A stretch of DNA of 64,000 bases from a virus. Each line of letters opens with the position of its first letter. The first letter of the stretch is position 1. The notes below the pieces were generated by a model. It was not told the origin of the DNA. It saw only the letters and a program-made list of their open reading frames with translations, and did not search any database. Below are positions 19,671 to 29,176 of this stretch, piece by piece. The stretch lies in IMG/VR virus record IMGVR_UViG_3300007735_000793, positions 1 through 64,000 of that record; one strand, written 5' to 3'. The translations under genes were made by a program, and so were the position numbers.

Positions 19671-20295
19671 GAGGACACTCACAATACCCACCAATTTCGC
19701 AAATGATATCTCTCATAATATCACCTGCTTTTTTATACTTATCAACCTTATTAGTTACTTTAGAAATTACACCCTCATTCATAGGGGACATAAAAGCACC
19801 ATAGGTAGATGGATTACTTACAAAATCCCAACATATCAAATCGAAATCCCCCTCAACTGCCACTGTCCCATCTTCTTTGATTTGACGAACCGAACCCATA
19901 CCCCGCGATGATATACCAACCGTACACCCAGCCTCTACCAACTCTTTAAGTATTCTGCCCGATGGAGTATTTAATATCTCTACCTTACCCATTACATCAT
20001 CACCATCCCACCAAACATCTCTGATAATATGTGATGTGTTTTTTAACTCAACAACGGATGATTCAGGATGGTCTAACTCACCATAAGCACGATTTTCGGC
20101 TATTTCCCTACCCTTATACTTTTGAACTTCACGCTTCAATATATTTTCAGGATATATTCTACCATTTTGGTTTTTTTCATTTGCTCTTTGTAGGACACCG
20201 GTTACAATAAGCCTACCATCTCCCTTCATTGCCGCTTCTTTAAGCTGCTGTGGTTTAACATCAAATACAATAGTATCTACTAATAGCTGTTTCAT
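19651..20295 (-). CDS. Prohead protease (T4 gp21-like)
   Basis: NQNGRIYP, GELDHP, GISSRGMGS, DFVSNPST motifs. Confidence 0.95.
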   Translation of the reverse strand: MKQLLVDTIVFDVKPQQLKEAAMKGDGRLIVTGVLQRANEKNQNGRIYPENILKREVQKYKGREIAENRAYGELDHPESSVVELKNTSHIIRDVWWDGDDVMGKVEILNTPSGRILKELVEAGCTVGISSRGMGSVRQIKEDGTVAVEGDFDLICWDFVSNPSTYGAFMSPMNEGVISKVTNKVDKYKKAGDIMRDIICEIGGYCECPQIGETK

Positions 20296-20298
20296 TTT

Positions 20299-20814
20299 TT
20301 ACGCACCCAATTGTTTAATTTTAAGTGAAATACGATTTAACCTCTCCGATATTTTGGAAAAGTTATTTCTTGTCTTTTTCCAATAAGTATTAGATGAAAC
20401 ACCCATCTCAGTTTTTAATTTTATGTTTTGATTCACTAAATGCTCTACTTCGTATATTTTTCTATTGATTTCTTTGATTGCTTTATTGATTTTTAATTGA
20501 GGGGAGCCTGTTTCATTTTTACGATATTGACGATAATTCATTTCACCAATAACACCCTCAATCTCACGCTCCCATCTCTCTAAAAAATTTCTCTTTACAT
20601 TTTTTATCTTTTTGTAACCCAACACCTCAATATGGTCATTATCCATATCCTTTTCAGTTTTCGCAAAAGCGTGCGGAGTTCGAGGTGGACCAGCACCACC
20701 ATCCAAATTAGAGGTAACATTTTGTTCTTCCAAATCATCATCACTCACCTCAGGTTCAATCGCTTCTAGCTGCTTGAATTTCTTATCAAGTTCTTCAATT
20801 AAAAATCTACTCAT
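20299..20814 (-). CDS. Conserved head-module hypothetical protein
   Basis: 171-aa ORF between protease and portal; TPHAF motif, coiled coil. Confidence 0.7.
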   Translation of the reverse strand: MSRFLIEELDKKFKQLEAIEPEVSDDDLEEQNVTSNLDGGAGPPRTPHAFAKTEKDMDNDHIEVLGYKKIKNVKRNFLERWEREIEGVIGEMNYRQYRKNETGSPQLKINKAIKEINRKIYEVEHLVNQNIKLKTEMGVSSNTYWKKTRNNFSKISERLNRISLKIKQLGA

Positions 20815-20817
20815 ATA

Positions 20818-21651
20818 TTAGATACCTTTTAACTCGTTTAACAACTGATAATAACGTAAAAGTCCCAAAGCTTGTGTTTCAGAAACTATTTTTGAATTGG
20901 ATAGGTTATCTATCAACCCAATTACCTCTTTAAGCTTTATAGAATAAACCTTATCGGAAACTTTTATCTTACTAAACTCATTTTTAAGTTTATTTGTTTC
21001 CCTCAAAATAAATCGTTTCAAATTATCCGAATTATCAATATTGTTGATGTAGTTTCTTAAAACCGATTTTTGTTCGGTGGTCAATACCTTATACTTATCA
21101 TTGAACTTATCAACCAAAAACTTATACGCTAATAAACGAACATCTTTGGATTCTTTGGTGTATTCATCAGTAGTTACTTCTTTAAGGGATTTTACCTTTT
21201 TAGTAACATTTTCCAAAATAACGGTCTTACAATCAACCCACTCCTTTGGAGATACACTTTCAGTATTTTCAAACAATTTGTAAATAGAAGCAAGTGATTT
21301 ATAATTATTCACCCTATACTTAAAAAAATCGGTAGCGTTGAACCTTTCGTTAATAGCTTTAATCAAATTGTATTTCTCACGTTTCAGCAAACTCTCATTT
21401 AACTTCTTTCTTTCTGAAAGTATGATGTTCAAAAACTCACCGGCTTTATAATCACTATCAAATGTTTCTTTTACCAAAAATTGATATAATTTAAGCTCTT
21501 TATTCAGTTCACTTCCATTCTTAAAATGCTTTTTAATAATTGAAAGGGCTGATGAGTTTTTCTCATTCAAGGTATCAGATGCAATTTGTCTGACAAGTAA
21601 TTCAAACAAAACACCTGTATTTTTATATTTTGAATGTTTGAGTTTGTTCAT
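20818..21651 (-). CDS. Conserved head-module hypothetical protein
   Basis: KHSKYKNTGVLFELLVRQI N-terminus; follows the portal gene. Confidence 0.7.
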   Translation of the reverse strand: MNKLKHSKYKNTGVLFELLVRQIASDTLNEKNSSALSIIKKHFKNGSELNKELKLYQFLVKETFDSDYKAGEFLNIILSERKKLNESLLKREKYNLIKAINERFNATDFFKYRVNNYKSLASIYKLFENTESVSPKEWVDCKTVILENVTKKVKSLKEVTTDEYTKESKDVRLLAYKFLVDKFNDKYKVLTTEQKSVLRNYINNIDNSDNLKRFILRETNKLKNEFSKIKVSDKVYSIKLKEVIGLIDNLSNSKIVSETQALGLLRYYQLLNELKGI

Positions 21652-21692
21652 TTTATCCCTTATATATCATTTAATAAATATATGAAATTTAA

Positions 21693-23633
21693 TTAAACCA
21701 TATCATTTAATATGTTTTTCTCATCTAACATACCAACTTCTTGCTTTTTTTCACCAATTTCAAGAGATTCCATCAGTATTTCTTTGGTTTTTACTTTATA
21801 GGACTTCAAATTTGATTGTAATTGTAGGTTTTCAATTGATAGTGGTGATTTTCTATAATTGTGATATGGTGATTCGGGTGATATGTTTTTTTCATATCCT
21901 AACGGATTTCTCCCAAAATTACTCCTATCCGCCCCAATACTACTACCCTTTTTAGGTCTACCTGCTCCCGGCCACCCACCCTTTGGTGAACCACCTAAAT
22001 TTTCAGGCACTACTTGATTATCATCCGTTTGCGGTGGAGCTTCTTCACCACCATCAGCACCTGCCGGTGGTTGTTCCGCTGGCATTCTATTCATATAAGC
22101 CATATCATGCGGTGTTCCGAATGACTCACCAGTTTTGACAGGGTCATTACCCTCATTTTCAATTTGAGCTTGCCTAAACCCTAACTTCAAATCATCAATA
22201 ACTTTTTGTTGCTCTGCTTTCCACTCATCATCAGACATATTAAATACATTTTTGTATATCCACTCCTGCGACAACATTTTTGATGTTTTAATATCAGTTG
22301 CCAATCTAACATTTTCAACCCACAAAGCAACTTTTTCTTGCTGATAAATAATAGATGGTGGTGTTAAATCCAATGTAAAGTTTGCTAAATCTTCATTTTC
22401 ATACCCCTGCGCATAAAGGTGAATAACAGCGATTTTCGTTAATTCGGAAAGAACGATTTTTTGAACCCTTTCAATACTCCGTGCAAAACGAATATCTTGT
22501 TGCGCAAGTGTTGCCTTACCTTCAACTGCTTCCTCATACCCAATAAATGCCTTTGGAACTTTAAGAGCAGCCATCATTCGGTTTTTAAGATAGTTTATAT
22601 CGTCAATCCCCGTAAACTCCATACCACTCAATGTTTCGATTTCAGTACCGGATTGACCACCCCTAACAGGTAGGTAATAATCCTCCAACATATTCTGCAA
22701 ATTAAATTTTAGGTTGTAATCCCCAGTATTTTGGTCTACAAAAGCAGTTTTTTTAGTGTTATCTATAATGTTACGCATGTGTTGGTCTACTTCGGTAGGT
22801 GGTATATTACCAACATCTACTTTGAATATCCGTTTTTCAGGTGCACGCATAATACGATGTATCAACATCGCATCTTCCATTAAAATCAATTGTTTCCAAC
22901 TTTTTCTTGCAGGCTCCAAAAGTGACCTACCATATGGTAAAAAGTTTGTATCTGAAAATAATCGGAAATGGGCTATTCTATAAAATGGTATATAGTTTTT
23001 TGGGTCATTTTGTGATTTTTGATAATTAAATCCGGTAGAACCTCCCCCAAAATTGGTCATCTTAAATCTAACTTCAAATGGGTTTTCTGGATTAAATCCT
23101 TCTTCCCTCTCAACCTCATACGCAGATATAGGTGATGCGTTTACAATACCAACACCCTCATGAATATCCAAATCCAAATAATAATCACCATATTTATTCA
23201 TTCCCCTAATCCACGCCCATAAATTAAACTCAATGTTTAAGACATCATAGAAAAGGTTGTATAGTATTTTCTTTATGTTTTCATCATCAGAGTTAATTCG
23301 TAGAACATCACCCACATCGTTTTTAAGAGTGCACTCATCCGAATATATATCTAACACCGATGCGATAATAGAATCCTTATCCATTGCTTCATAATCAGTA
23401 TATAACTCCAATCTATTAGATGAATAGTTGTATTGGTTATTATATGTTTCCCAATTTTGGCGAGAAGTGTGTAACCTACCATATCTATCATAGTAGGATG
23501 TTCCTTTTATATTACCCTGCGATTGTAATCTTTGAGTATCAATTGCTCGAGTTTTACCCTTACCAATTCTACGGACTACAACCTGAGTTGAAAATAATCT
23601 TTGTAATCTACCAAATAATGATTTATCTACCAT
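21693..23633 (-). CDS. Portal protein (T4 gp20-like)
   Basis: YGRSLLEPARK.WKQL.LMEDAMLIHRIMRAPEKRIFKVDVGN, EDYYLPVRGG..GTEIETL. Confidence 0.95.
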   Translation of the reverse strand: MVDKSLFGRLQRLFSTQVVVRRIGKGKTRAIDTQRLQSQGNIKGTSYYDRYGRLHTSRQNWETYNNQYNYSSNRLELYTDYEAMDKDSIIASVLDIYSDECTLKNDVGDVLRINSDDENIKKILYNLFYDVLNIEFNLWAWIRGMNKYGDYYLDLDIHEGVGIVNASPISAYEVEREEGFNPENPFEVRFKMTNFGGGSTGFNYQKSQNDPKNYIPFYRIAHFRLFSDTNFLPYGRSLLEPARKSWKQLILMEDAMLIHRIMRAPEKRIFKVDVGNIPPTEVDQHMRNIIDNTKKTAFVDQNTGDYNLKFNLQNMLEDYYLPVRGGQSGTEIETLSGMEFTGIDDINYLKNRMMAALKVPKAFIGYEEAVEGKATLAQQDIRFARSIERVQKIVLSELTKIAVIHLYAQGYENEDLANFTLDLTPPSIIYQQEKVALWVENVRLATDIKTSKMLSQEWIYKNVFNMSDDEWKAEQQKVIDDLKLGFRQAQIENEGNDPVKTGESFGTPHDMAYMNRMPAEQPPAGADGGEEAPPQTDDNQVVPENLGGSPKGGWPGAGRPKKGSSIGADRSNFGRNPLGYEKNISPESPYHNYRKSPLSIENLQLQSNLKSYKVKTKEILMESLEIGEKKQEVGMLDEKNILNDMV

Positions 23634-23637
23634 AAGT

Positions 23638-23644
23638 ATAAATA
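23638..23644 (-). promoter_or_regulatory. TATTTAT motif upstream of the portal gene
   Basis: Recurrent intergenic motif. Confidence 0.55.
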
Positions 23645-23652
23645 TGATTTTT

Positions 23653-24840
23653 TTATAATAACCAACTTAAATCAACATCATTACCACGAACATCCTTCAT
23701 TGAGTAAGGATTTTGCTGATATGCGTTGTTAGAATACACTCCCTTATCACCTGATACTTTGATTATACTACCCAATGTGCTACGAGTTAAGTCCATACCT
23801 TGCTTTCGTAATTTTAAAGCAGTATCTCTTACCCATAAACCAGTTGAAAATGATATTACCAAATCATCATTGTAACCCCGTTGTGCTTCTGCCTTTGAAC
23901 CATTCCAAATAAAGACAAATAACTCATCTAACAATCTTTTAGAGTGAATTATTGGAGATTTTTCTCTCATATAAGTATCTAATTTAGACACTATTAGAGG
24001 ACGAGTTCTTTGGGTCATTGAAAATCCTGGCACCATATCCTCTTTTAATTTTAGGTCCCATCCCCTCCGCAGATGAATATCATCATCCACATAACCCAAC
24101 TCCCTATATGAATAATAAAGGTTTTGATAATTACGGTCAATTGCCTCCTGAATAACTGCCCACCCAATGTTTGCATTCTCAATTACCAAAAGAGCATTGT
24201 TCCATTCCGTTGCAACTGATGTTAAGAATGCCCCATATTGCTTTGTTTCTATCTTACCCCTATACTCTGCCACCTGTTCAACTCGTTCCACATCAATAAC
24301 ATGAAAAGCAGAGTAATCCGCACCATCACCCCTTGCAACATCCGCAACCACAACATAATCTTTTTCGTAATTTGGATAATCCCATATCCAATAGTTTGCA
24401 TCAAACCCACGCTTTTCAACCGGTTCGGTGATGTAGGTTTCCCTATACCACTCCAAAACGCTACCATCTACAACGGTATAACCTGATGATATGAAATCGC
24501 AATTATGTGATACAACGCCATCTACATTAAATATATTACCCCCACAAACCTCAACAATATCATACAATGTAGTGTCCATATCAGTACATTCAATAGATAC
24601 CACATCAACATACCGATTATCAGCTGATGATATTTTAGAACCTATTACCAAATCGGAAGCCAATATCTTTTCACCATCCAACATAAATGAGTGGTTATCT
24701 GAACATTTTAGTGTTTTTCCGTTTGAAAAGGTTATTGTATAAATTGAGGTCTTGTTTAAGCATCTCATTCCACCAAATGGTTGAAAACCGCTTGGTGTCA
24801 TTATTTCAAACCTATTATTTGCTTTAAATCTATAGTTCAT
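23653..24840 (-). CDS. terL: Terminase large subunit C-part (nuclease) preceded by a 113-aa split-intein C-fragment
   Basis: IntC ends VSHN|CDFISSG; nuclease motifs VADVARGDGADYS and NDDLV. Confidence 0.92.
   Translation of the reverse strand: MNYRFKANNRFEIMTPSGFQPFGGMRCLNKTSIYTITFSNGKTLKCSDNHSFMLDGEKILASDLVIGSKISSADNRYVDVVSIECTDMDTTLYDIVEVCGGNIFNVDGVVSHNCDFISSGYTVVDGSVLEWYRETYITEPVEKRGFDANYWIWDYPNYEKDYVVVADVARGDGADYSAFHVIDVERVEQVAEYRGKIETKQYGAFLTSVATEWNNALLVIENANIGWAVIQEAIDRNYQNLYYSYRELGYVDDDIHLRRGWDLKLKEDMVPGFSMTQRTRPLIVSKLDTYMREKSPIIHSKRLLDELFVFIWNGSKAEAQRGYNDDLVISFSTGLWVRDTALKLRKQGMDLTRSTLGSIIKVSGDKGVYSNNAYQQNPYSMKDVRGNDVDLSWLL
24502..24840 (-). mobile_element. Split intein IntC (113 aa) of TerL
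   Basis: Block B KCSDNH, block F LYDIVEV, block G SHN followed by Cys+1. Confidence 0.9.
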
Positions 24841-25570
24841 TATGTTTTACTCTGATAAAGTTACATGCTAACAATTTCTCTATTTCATATTGGCGTATTA
24901 AATCTTTTTGTTTAAGTTTACCATTTTCATCAAAGTGGTGTTTTTCATCGTATTCTATTACAATATTTTTTTCCTTACTATATCCATCGACAAAGTAACC
25001 AAGTTCTTTTATGTAGTATTCACCACCATTTTCAGCATGTTGTAAGTCGGTTATGCCTAATTTTTTTGCAGCTTTCTCAATTTCCGTAATTGAGTTATAG
25101 TTGTATCTTGGAACAGCCTTACCTTTTAGATTTTCAATATATTTTAATGTAGATAATCTCATTTTATTTTTAGTGGCATTTGTATGTTTTTTACCAAAAA
25201 ACGATTTTTTTGGTTCTGGGCACTGCCTACAATATTTTACCCAATTGTAAACTTTTCCGCATTCACATTTTAGTTTTTCCAAATCACCATTATTTTCTGC
25301 CAAAAAAATCATTCGATACTTAAAGTTGTATTTTCCCTTATATGTGTTTTGTGCTTTTAGGGTATCTTCGAGAAGCTGCGTATGATAGTAAATTGATTTA
25401 TATAATTTTGGGTTTTCACATATCATTGTTCTATTTTTAGCTCTACCAAAATAATTTTTATAATAATATTCCCCCAATAGCAGTTGAATTGTATCTTCAA
25501 TTGAATATAATTCCGATATACTATCTATATTACTTTTTATTTTTTTCCAACCATCTTTTATATACTGCAT
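24830..25570 (-). CDS. Free-standing homing endonuclease (NUMOD3-like + Vsr/DUF559-like nuclease) between the TerL halves
   Basis: CECG..CRQC, FFGKKHTNATKNKMR, YFVDGY..NIVIEYDEKHH..RQ.EIE..CNFIRV. Confidence 0.8.
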   Translation of the reverse strand: MQYIKDGWKKIKSNIDSISELYSIEDTIQLLLGEYYYKNYFGRAKNRTMICENPKLYKSIYYHTQLLEDTLKAQNTYKGKYNFKYRMIFLAENNGDLEKLKCECGKVYNWVKYCRQCPEPKKSFFGKKHTNATKNKMRLSTLKYIENLKGKAVPRYNYNSITEIEKAAKKLGITDLQHAENGGEYYIKELGYFVDGYSKEKNIVIEYDEKHHFDENGKLKQKDLIRQYEIEKLLACNFIRVKHNEL

Positions 25571-25599
25571 AAGCCCCTTTCATTCGCACTCTTGTGTTA

Positions 25600-25606
25600 A
25601 TAAATA
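25600..25606 (-). promoter_or_regulatory. TATTTAT motif (putative late promoter) for the endonuclease/TerL-C unit
   Basis: Same motif precedes ~20 genes in the window. Confidence 0.55.
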
Positions 25607-25611
25607 TGAAA

Positions 25612-26436
25612 TTATAATTTATTATATAACTCAAATAAGGATATTTCACAAATTTCACCTGTATGGGTATCTTTTACAACCACATTTGAATCACCCCACA
25701 AGCAATCGCATTCTTGAGCAGCACCTTTTTCACCCAATAATCGGGTTTGCTCATCTCTCCACCGTTTACTTCTTTCAGGATGAACCGTCCAATGTAACCT
25801 TGTAGGATGCCACTTATCACCACTTTCCCCCTGCAACCATATTTTATGAAAAAAGTTACCTACTCCATTGGGTGTTGAAAGAACAATAGCACCACCACCC
25901 GTTGAAAGTGTGGATTGCGCTGATAACCATATTTCCTCAATACCTTTGATAAAAGCGGCCTCATCAATAATCAATAACGACAGTGCTTCAGAACGTCCTG
26001 CCGTTTCAGTTGCGGATACTGCTTTAATTTGAGAACCATTTTTCAATCTAAGCGATAGCTTGTTATCTTCAGCGGCAGCAACTTTTAACCAACTTGGTAG
26101 ATTATCATACATAAACCTAACTTTGGTTACAAGGTTTTTTGCAACATCCTGGTTAGTTGCAATTACAAGTATGTTTTTATCCCGCTGAAATATCATCAAC
26201 CACAATGAATACCCCGCCGATATGGTTGATATACCCAATTGGCGCGATTTAAGAATAACATTGAATCGGTGATTTTTAAAATCATCAATAAGGTTTTCTT
26301 GAAAATCGTAAAGGTTGAATAGTATCTTACCTTTATGCGGATGTTGTATGTAACAATACTTTTTGAAAAAATATATAGGGTCTGTAGCGCATTTTACATA
26401 CTCATCCGATATTATTTCTTTAAGGCTTTTTGACAT
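25612..26436 (-). CDS. terL: Terminase large subunit N-part (ATPase) ending in a 30-aa split-intein N-fragment
   Basis: KSRQLGIST, LIIDEAAF, STPNG; ..AQECD|CLWGDS..LYNKL*. Confidence 0.92.
   Translation of the reverse strand: MSKSLKEIISDEYVKCATDPIYFFKKYCYIQHPHKGKILFNLYDFQENLIDDFKNHRFNVILKSRQLGISTISAGYSLWLMIFQRDKNILVIATNQDVAKNLVTKVRFMYDNLPSWLKVAAAEDNKLSLRLKNGSQIKAVSATETAGRSEALSLLIIDEAAFIKGIEEIWLSAQSTLSTGGGAIVLSTPNGVGNFFHKIWLQGESGDKWHPTRLHWTVHPERSKRWRDEQTRLLGEKGAAQECDCLWGDSNVVVKDTHTGEICEISLFELYNKL
25615..25704 (-). mobile_element. Split intein IntN (30 aa, atypically short) of TerL
   Basis: Block A CLWGDSNVVV directly after QECD, then stop. Confidence 0.88.
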
Positions 26437-27041
26437 TACTTACCAATTCTCCAATAAAGTTTTGCGGTAAATGTGGGATTAAACCTATTATCCAAACCAA
26501 TTCCAATCCCGTATGCTTTTCTTTTTTTAGTTCTAACTAACATCTCACCATTCACCATCATAAACTCACGATTTCCTGCTAATGAACCACCTAAATAAAG
26601 TTCTCTTTTATCAATAAAAATGGTATTGGTTACAATTTTAGTTGGTATGCGTATAGTAGATGTTGTTTGTCTGGATTCTATTTTGTTTTGTGATATAGTA
26701 TCGTTTATTGTTACATATCCAAATGTATCCACTAATACAGTATCTTTGTAATTATATTTTGCGTAGTAATCCCCCAAAAGTGCCATAGTATCAACAGGTT
26801 CGGTTTGGGATATGAATATACTATCAACATCAACAACTACCCTATCTTTCCATTGTGGGGTATATACCGTTGATACATTGTTGATTGTATCATACTTATA
26901 CTCTATTGTGGTTACAGTATCCATAATGGGTTCATTTTTGAAAACATCTTTAATGGCCCCAAATGGTATTCTATCCCTCAATAAAAATAAGGCGATTAAT
27001 ACAACTACTATTACTCCAATAAATTTAGATACTTTGCTCAT
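26436..27041 (-). CDS. Membrane-anchored hypothetical protein (start revised to 27041)
   Basis: MSKVSKFIGVIVVVLIALFLL hydrophobic helix; DT-rich stalk; C-terminal amphipathic beta strands. Confidence 0.6.
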   Translation of the reverse strand: MSKVSKFIGVIVVVLIALFLLRDRIPFGAIKDVFKNEPIMDTVTTIEYKYDTINNVSTVYTPQWKDRVVVDVDSIFISQTEPVDTMALLGDYYAKYNYKDTVLVDTFGYVTINDTISQNKIESRQTTSTIRIPTKIVTNTIFIDKRELYLGGSLAGNREFMMVNGEMLVRTKKRKAYGIGIGLDNRFNPTFTAKLYWRIGK

Positions 27042-27342
27042 TTGTGGGTTTCCTCTTTTTATGGCGTGACTTATACCTTTTTGATTTTGGTTTTGTGGTA
27101 GTATTTTCTGCCGGTGTTTCAATAGGTGTAATTACCTTATCATCTTTAACATCACCCTTCAATTTACCAACTGAACTGGTAGCTGATGTAGATGTTTTCC
27201 GTTTCAATTCCTTTACAGGTGATTGTGGTGGTTCTACCTTCGGAATGTGAATGGTTTGGATTTCCTTTACAGGTTCAGCAACCTGCGTTGAAACAGGCTC
27301 ACCCATCACCCAATTAAATAATTTTTTAAAAATGTTTATCAT
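27025..27342 (-). CDS. Hypothetical protein with basic low-complexity tail
   Basis: 105-aa ORF with GGAGG RBS and TATTTAT upstream. Confidence 0.6.
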   Translation of the reverse strand: MINIFKKLFNWVMGEPVSTQVAEPVKEIQTIHIPKVEPPQSPVKELKRKTSTSATSSVGKLKGDVKDDKVITPIETPAENTTTKPKSKRYKSRHKKRKPTNEQSI

Positions 27343-27378
27343 AACAATTTCCTCCGTTTTTTATATAAATAGTTAAAA

Positions 27379-28338
27379 TTAATCTAAATTGTTTATAATC
27401 AACTCTACCTTATCTTTGAGTAGAGAACTATACTTACCATCAGTAGCAATTGATAATGCTCCTAATATCTCTGATTTTGTTTTTTGATACTGCTCACTAT
27501 CAGTATCACTCATATACTTTTTTGCCCCCCATAGATGATACATACTGCTATCTATGAGGTTAGATGAATTATCATCTAAGTTATATAACAACTCATTTAC
27601 TGAGTAAAAATCTTCACTAGTAAAGATAACTGGTATTAGTGATTTTGATTTTATATGTTTTTTGTTTATTACCCTTTTATAGTTGATAAGGGCTGATAGT
27701 AACCACTGCTCTGCAATTATTTGAGGTGATGATGAAGCATAAAATGCTTCCTTTTCTCTGGTCATATTTTTTACTTCCCCACTACCACCCAATACAAACT
27801 TAAAGTAGTTATCAACATACTCTTTTCTAAATTCATCGTTGAATACCCCAAATACCGCAGTATTCATCGGAAATGTATCTTTAAACGATTTAACCATATC
27901 CTCATCCCACTCCCACTTATCCGAATGTTCAATATCTAATGGGTTTCCATAACTAATACCCGATTCCAAATGTAGATACATAATATCAACCCCAACCGAA
28001 TCCTTTTTCAAATTACGATATAAAACCAAATCGGTATCATAAATAACAAATGGTGCTTTTAATTTGGACATAGCCCATATCTTTGGAGATGCCCAAAAGT
28101 TAGAGGATATATCATCATAAGGATAATCATCAAAATAATCGGTAATAACCCCATCATAAAGTGGTGTTATATTCCAACCATCATAAAACTCTTTTGATTT
28201 TTTATCGGTAATCAAATAAAGTGGGGTATCACCATTAACCCTTTTGTGGTAGATGCATGAATACATCTGAACCAATAACTCTAATCCGTTGGGGGGTGAT
28301 TTCGTATTTACTATAAAGACATGATACGCATTCATCAA
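27379..28338 (-). CDS. Glycosyltransferase-like protein (DUF6734-like, DxD motif)
   Basis: FWASPKIWAM..PFVIYDTDLVL, NTAVFG, EQWLL, YHLWG. Confidence 0.55.
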   Translation of the reverse strand: MMNAYHVFIVNTKSPPNGLELLVQMYSCIYHKRVNGDTPLYLITDKKSKEFYDGWNITPLYDGVITDYFDDYPYDDISSNFWASPKIWAMSKLKAPFVIYDTDLVLYRNLKKDSVGVDIMYLHLESGISYGNPLDIEHSDKWEWDEDMVKSFKDTFPMNTAVFGVFNDEFRKEYVDNYFKFVLGGSGEVKNMTREKEAFYASSSPQIIAEQWLLSALINYKRVINKKHIKSKSLIPVIFTSEDFYSVNELLYNLDDNSSNLIDSSMYHLWGAKKYMSDTDSEQYQKTKSEILGALSIATDGKYSSLLKDKVELIINNLD

Positions 28339-28372
28339 AACTCATTTGCAATAAATATGATTTTAGATTTAA

Positions 28373-28645
28373 TTAATCCAAAAATGTAATTAAAACTTTA
28401 AGGGGTGTATTTCCTCTGATAACCCTATGATAAGTTTCTTTTCGGATTTTTAATCTATCTCCGGGCTTTAATTCAACTGGAACCTGATTATCCAACTGAA
28501 CCATCCAACCCCTACCACTAACCACTTCTATCAACCTATCTTCCTTGTCTCTATGCCATACCAATTCCGAAATATCTACATTTGGGTTAAATACCCTATG
28601 AAGTTTATTTTGTAATTTGGTTTCAGAATACGGTCTTTTTATCAT
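28373..28645 (-). CDS. Small cupin-fold protein
   Basis: WHRD.EDR.IEV..G.GW..PGD..I....YHRV. Confidence 0.8.
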   Translation of the reverse strand: MIKRPYSETKLQNKLHRVFNPNVDISELVWHRDKEDRLIEVVSGRGWMVQLDNQVPVELKPGDRLKIRKETYHRVIRGNTPLKVLITFLD

Positions 28646-28646
28646 A

Positions 28647-29168
28647 CTACCAATATGCGTTTATATCCTCACCACCACCGATTTTAGACCAATGACGGGG
28701 TAAATTACAAGACCAATATCCTGGCGTTGTTTTATCTTTTTTATCAGGGCAGTTATGCCTATCTGAAAATGCTCGTCTTGCTTCTGGGTTACTTATTTTT
28801 GCGGTCAATCCACCCTTTACATCACCAAAGGTTACTTTTCGTATATTGCCGCTTGATGGGTCTTTAACATATACCACATACTTTTTACCTTCACCTGTGT
28901 TTCTTTTCGGTGAATTTAATTCTACTTCCTTTCCCTGATATTCGGCTTCTACTAACATTGGAAAATCCAATAAAACTTTCTTACCCTCATAAACCCCAAC
29001 TTTACCTAAATCCGAATCTAAAAACCACTCATCACTTTCATTCATTGGCATGAATTTACCACTTTTCCACATCTCTCTACACTCATTCACTAATTTGAAA
29101 AATCCGGAGGAGCCCCACCTAAACACATTTTCCGAAATTGGCACCTCATTTTTTAAGTGCCAACTCAA
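28647..29168 (-). CDS. Putative head-packaged protein
   Basis: LVEAEYQGKEVELN, KKYVVYVKD..KVTFG..RRAFSDRHNC..GYWSC module. Confidence 0.6.
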   Translation of the reverse strand: MSWHLKNEVPISENVFRWGSSGFFKLVNECREMWKSGKFMPMNESDEWFLDSDLGKVGVYEGKKVLLDFPMLVEAEYQGKEVELNSPKRNTGEGKKYVVYVKDPSSGNIRKVTFGDVKGGLTAKISNPEARRAFSDRHNCPDKKDKTTPGYWSCNLPRHWSKIGGGEDINAYW

Positions 29169-29176
29169 ACCCTCAC

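Noticed and set aside
24830-25611. Group I intron in terL
   Set aside because: Both flanks carry complete intein blocks and the endonuclease ORF leaves no room for a ribozyme core
26436-27041. Spanin or holin assignment
   Set aside because: Single TM helix, no lipobox and no adjacent lysin; insufficient evidence
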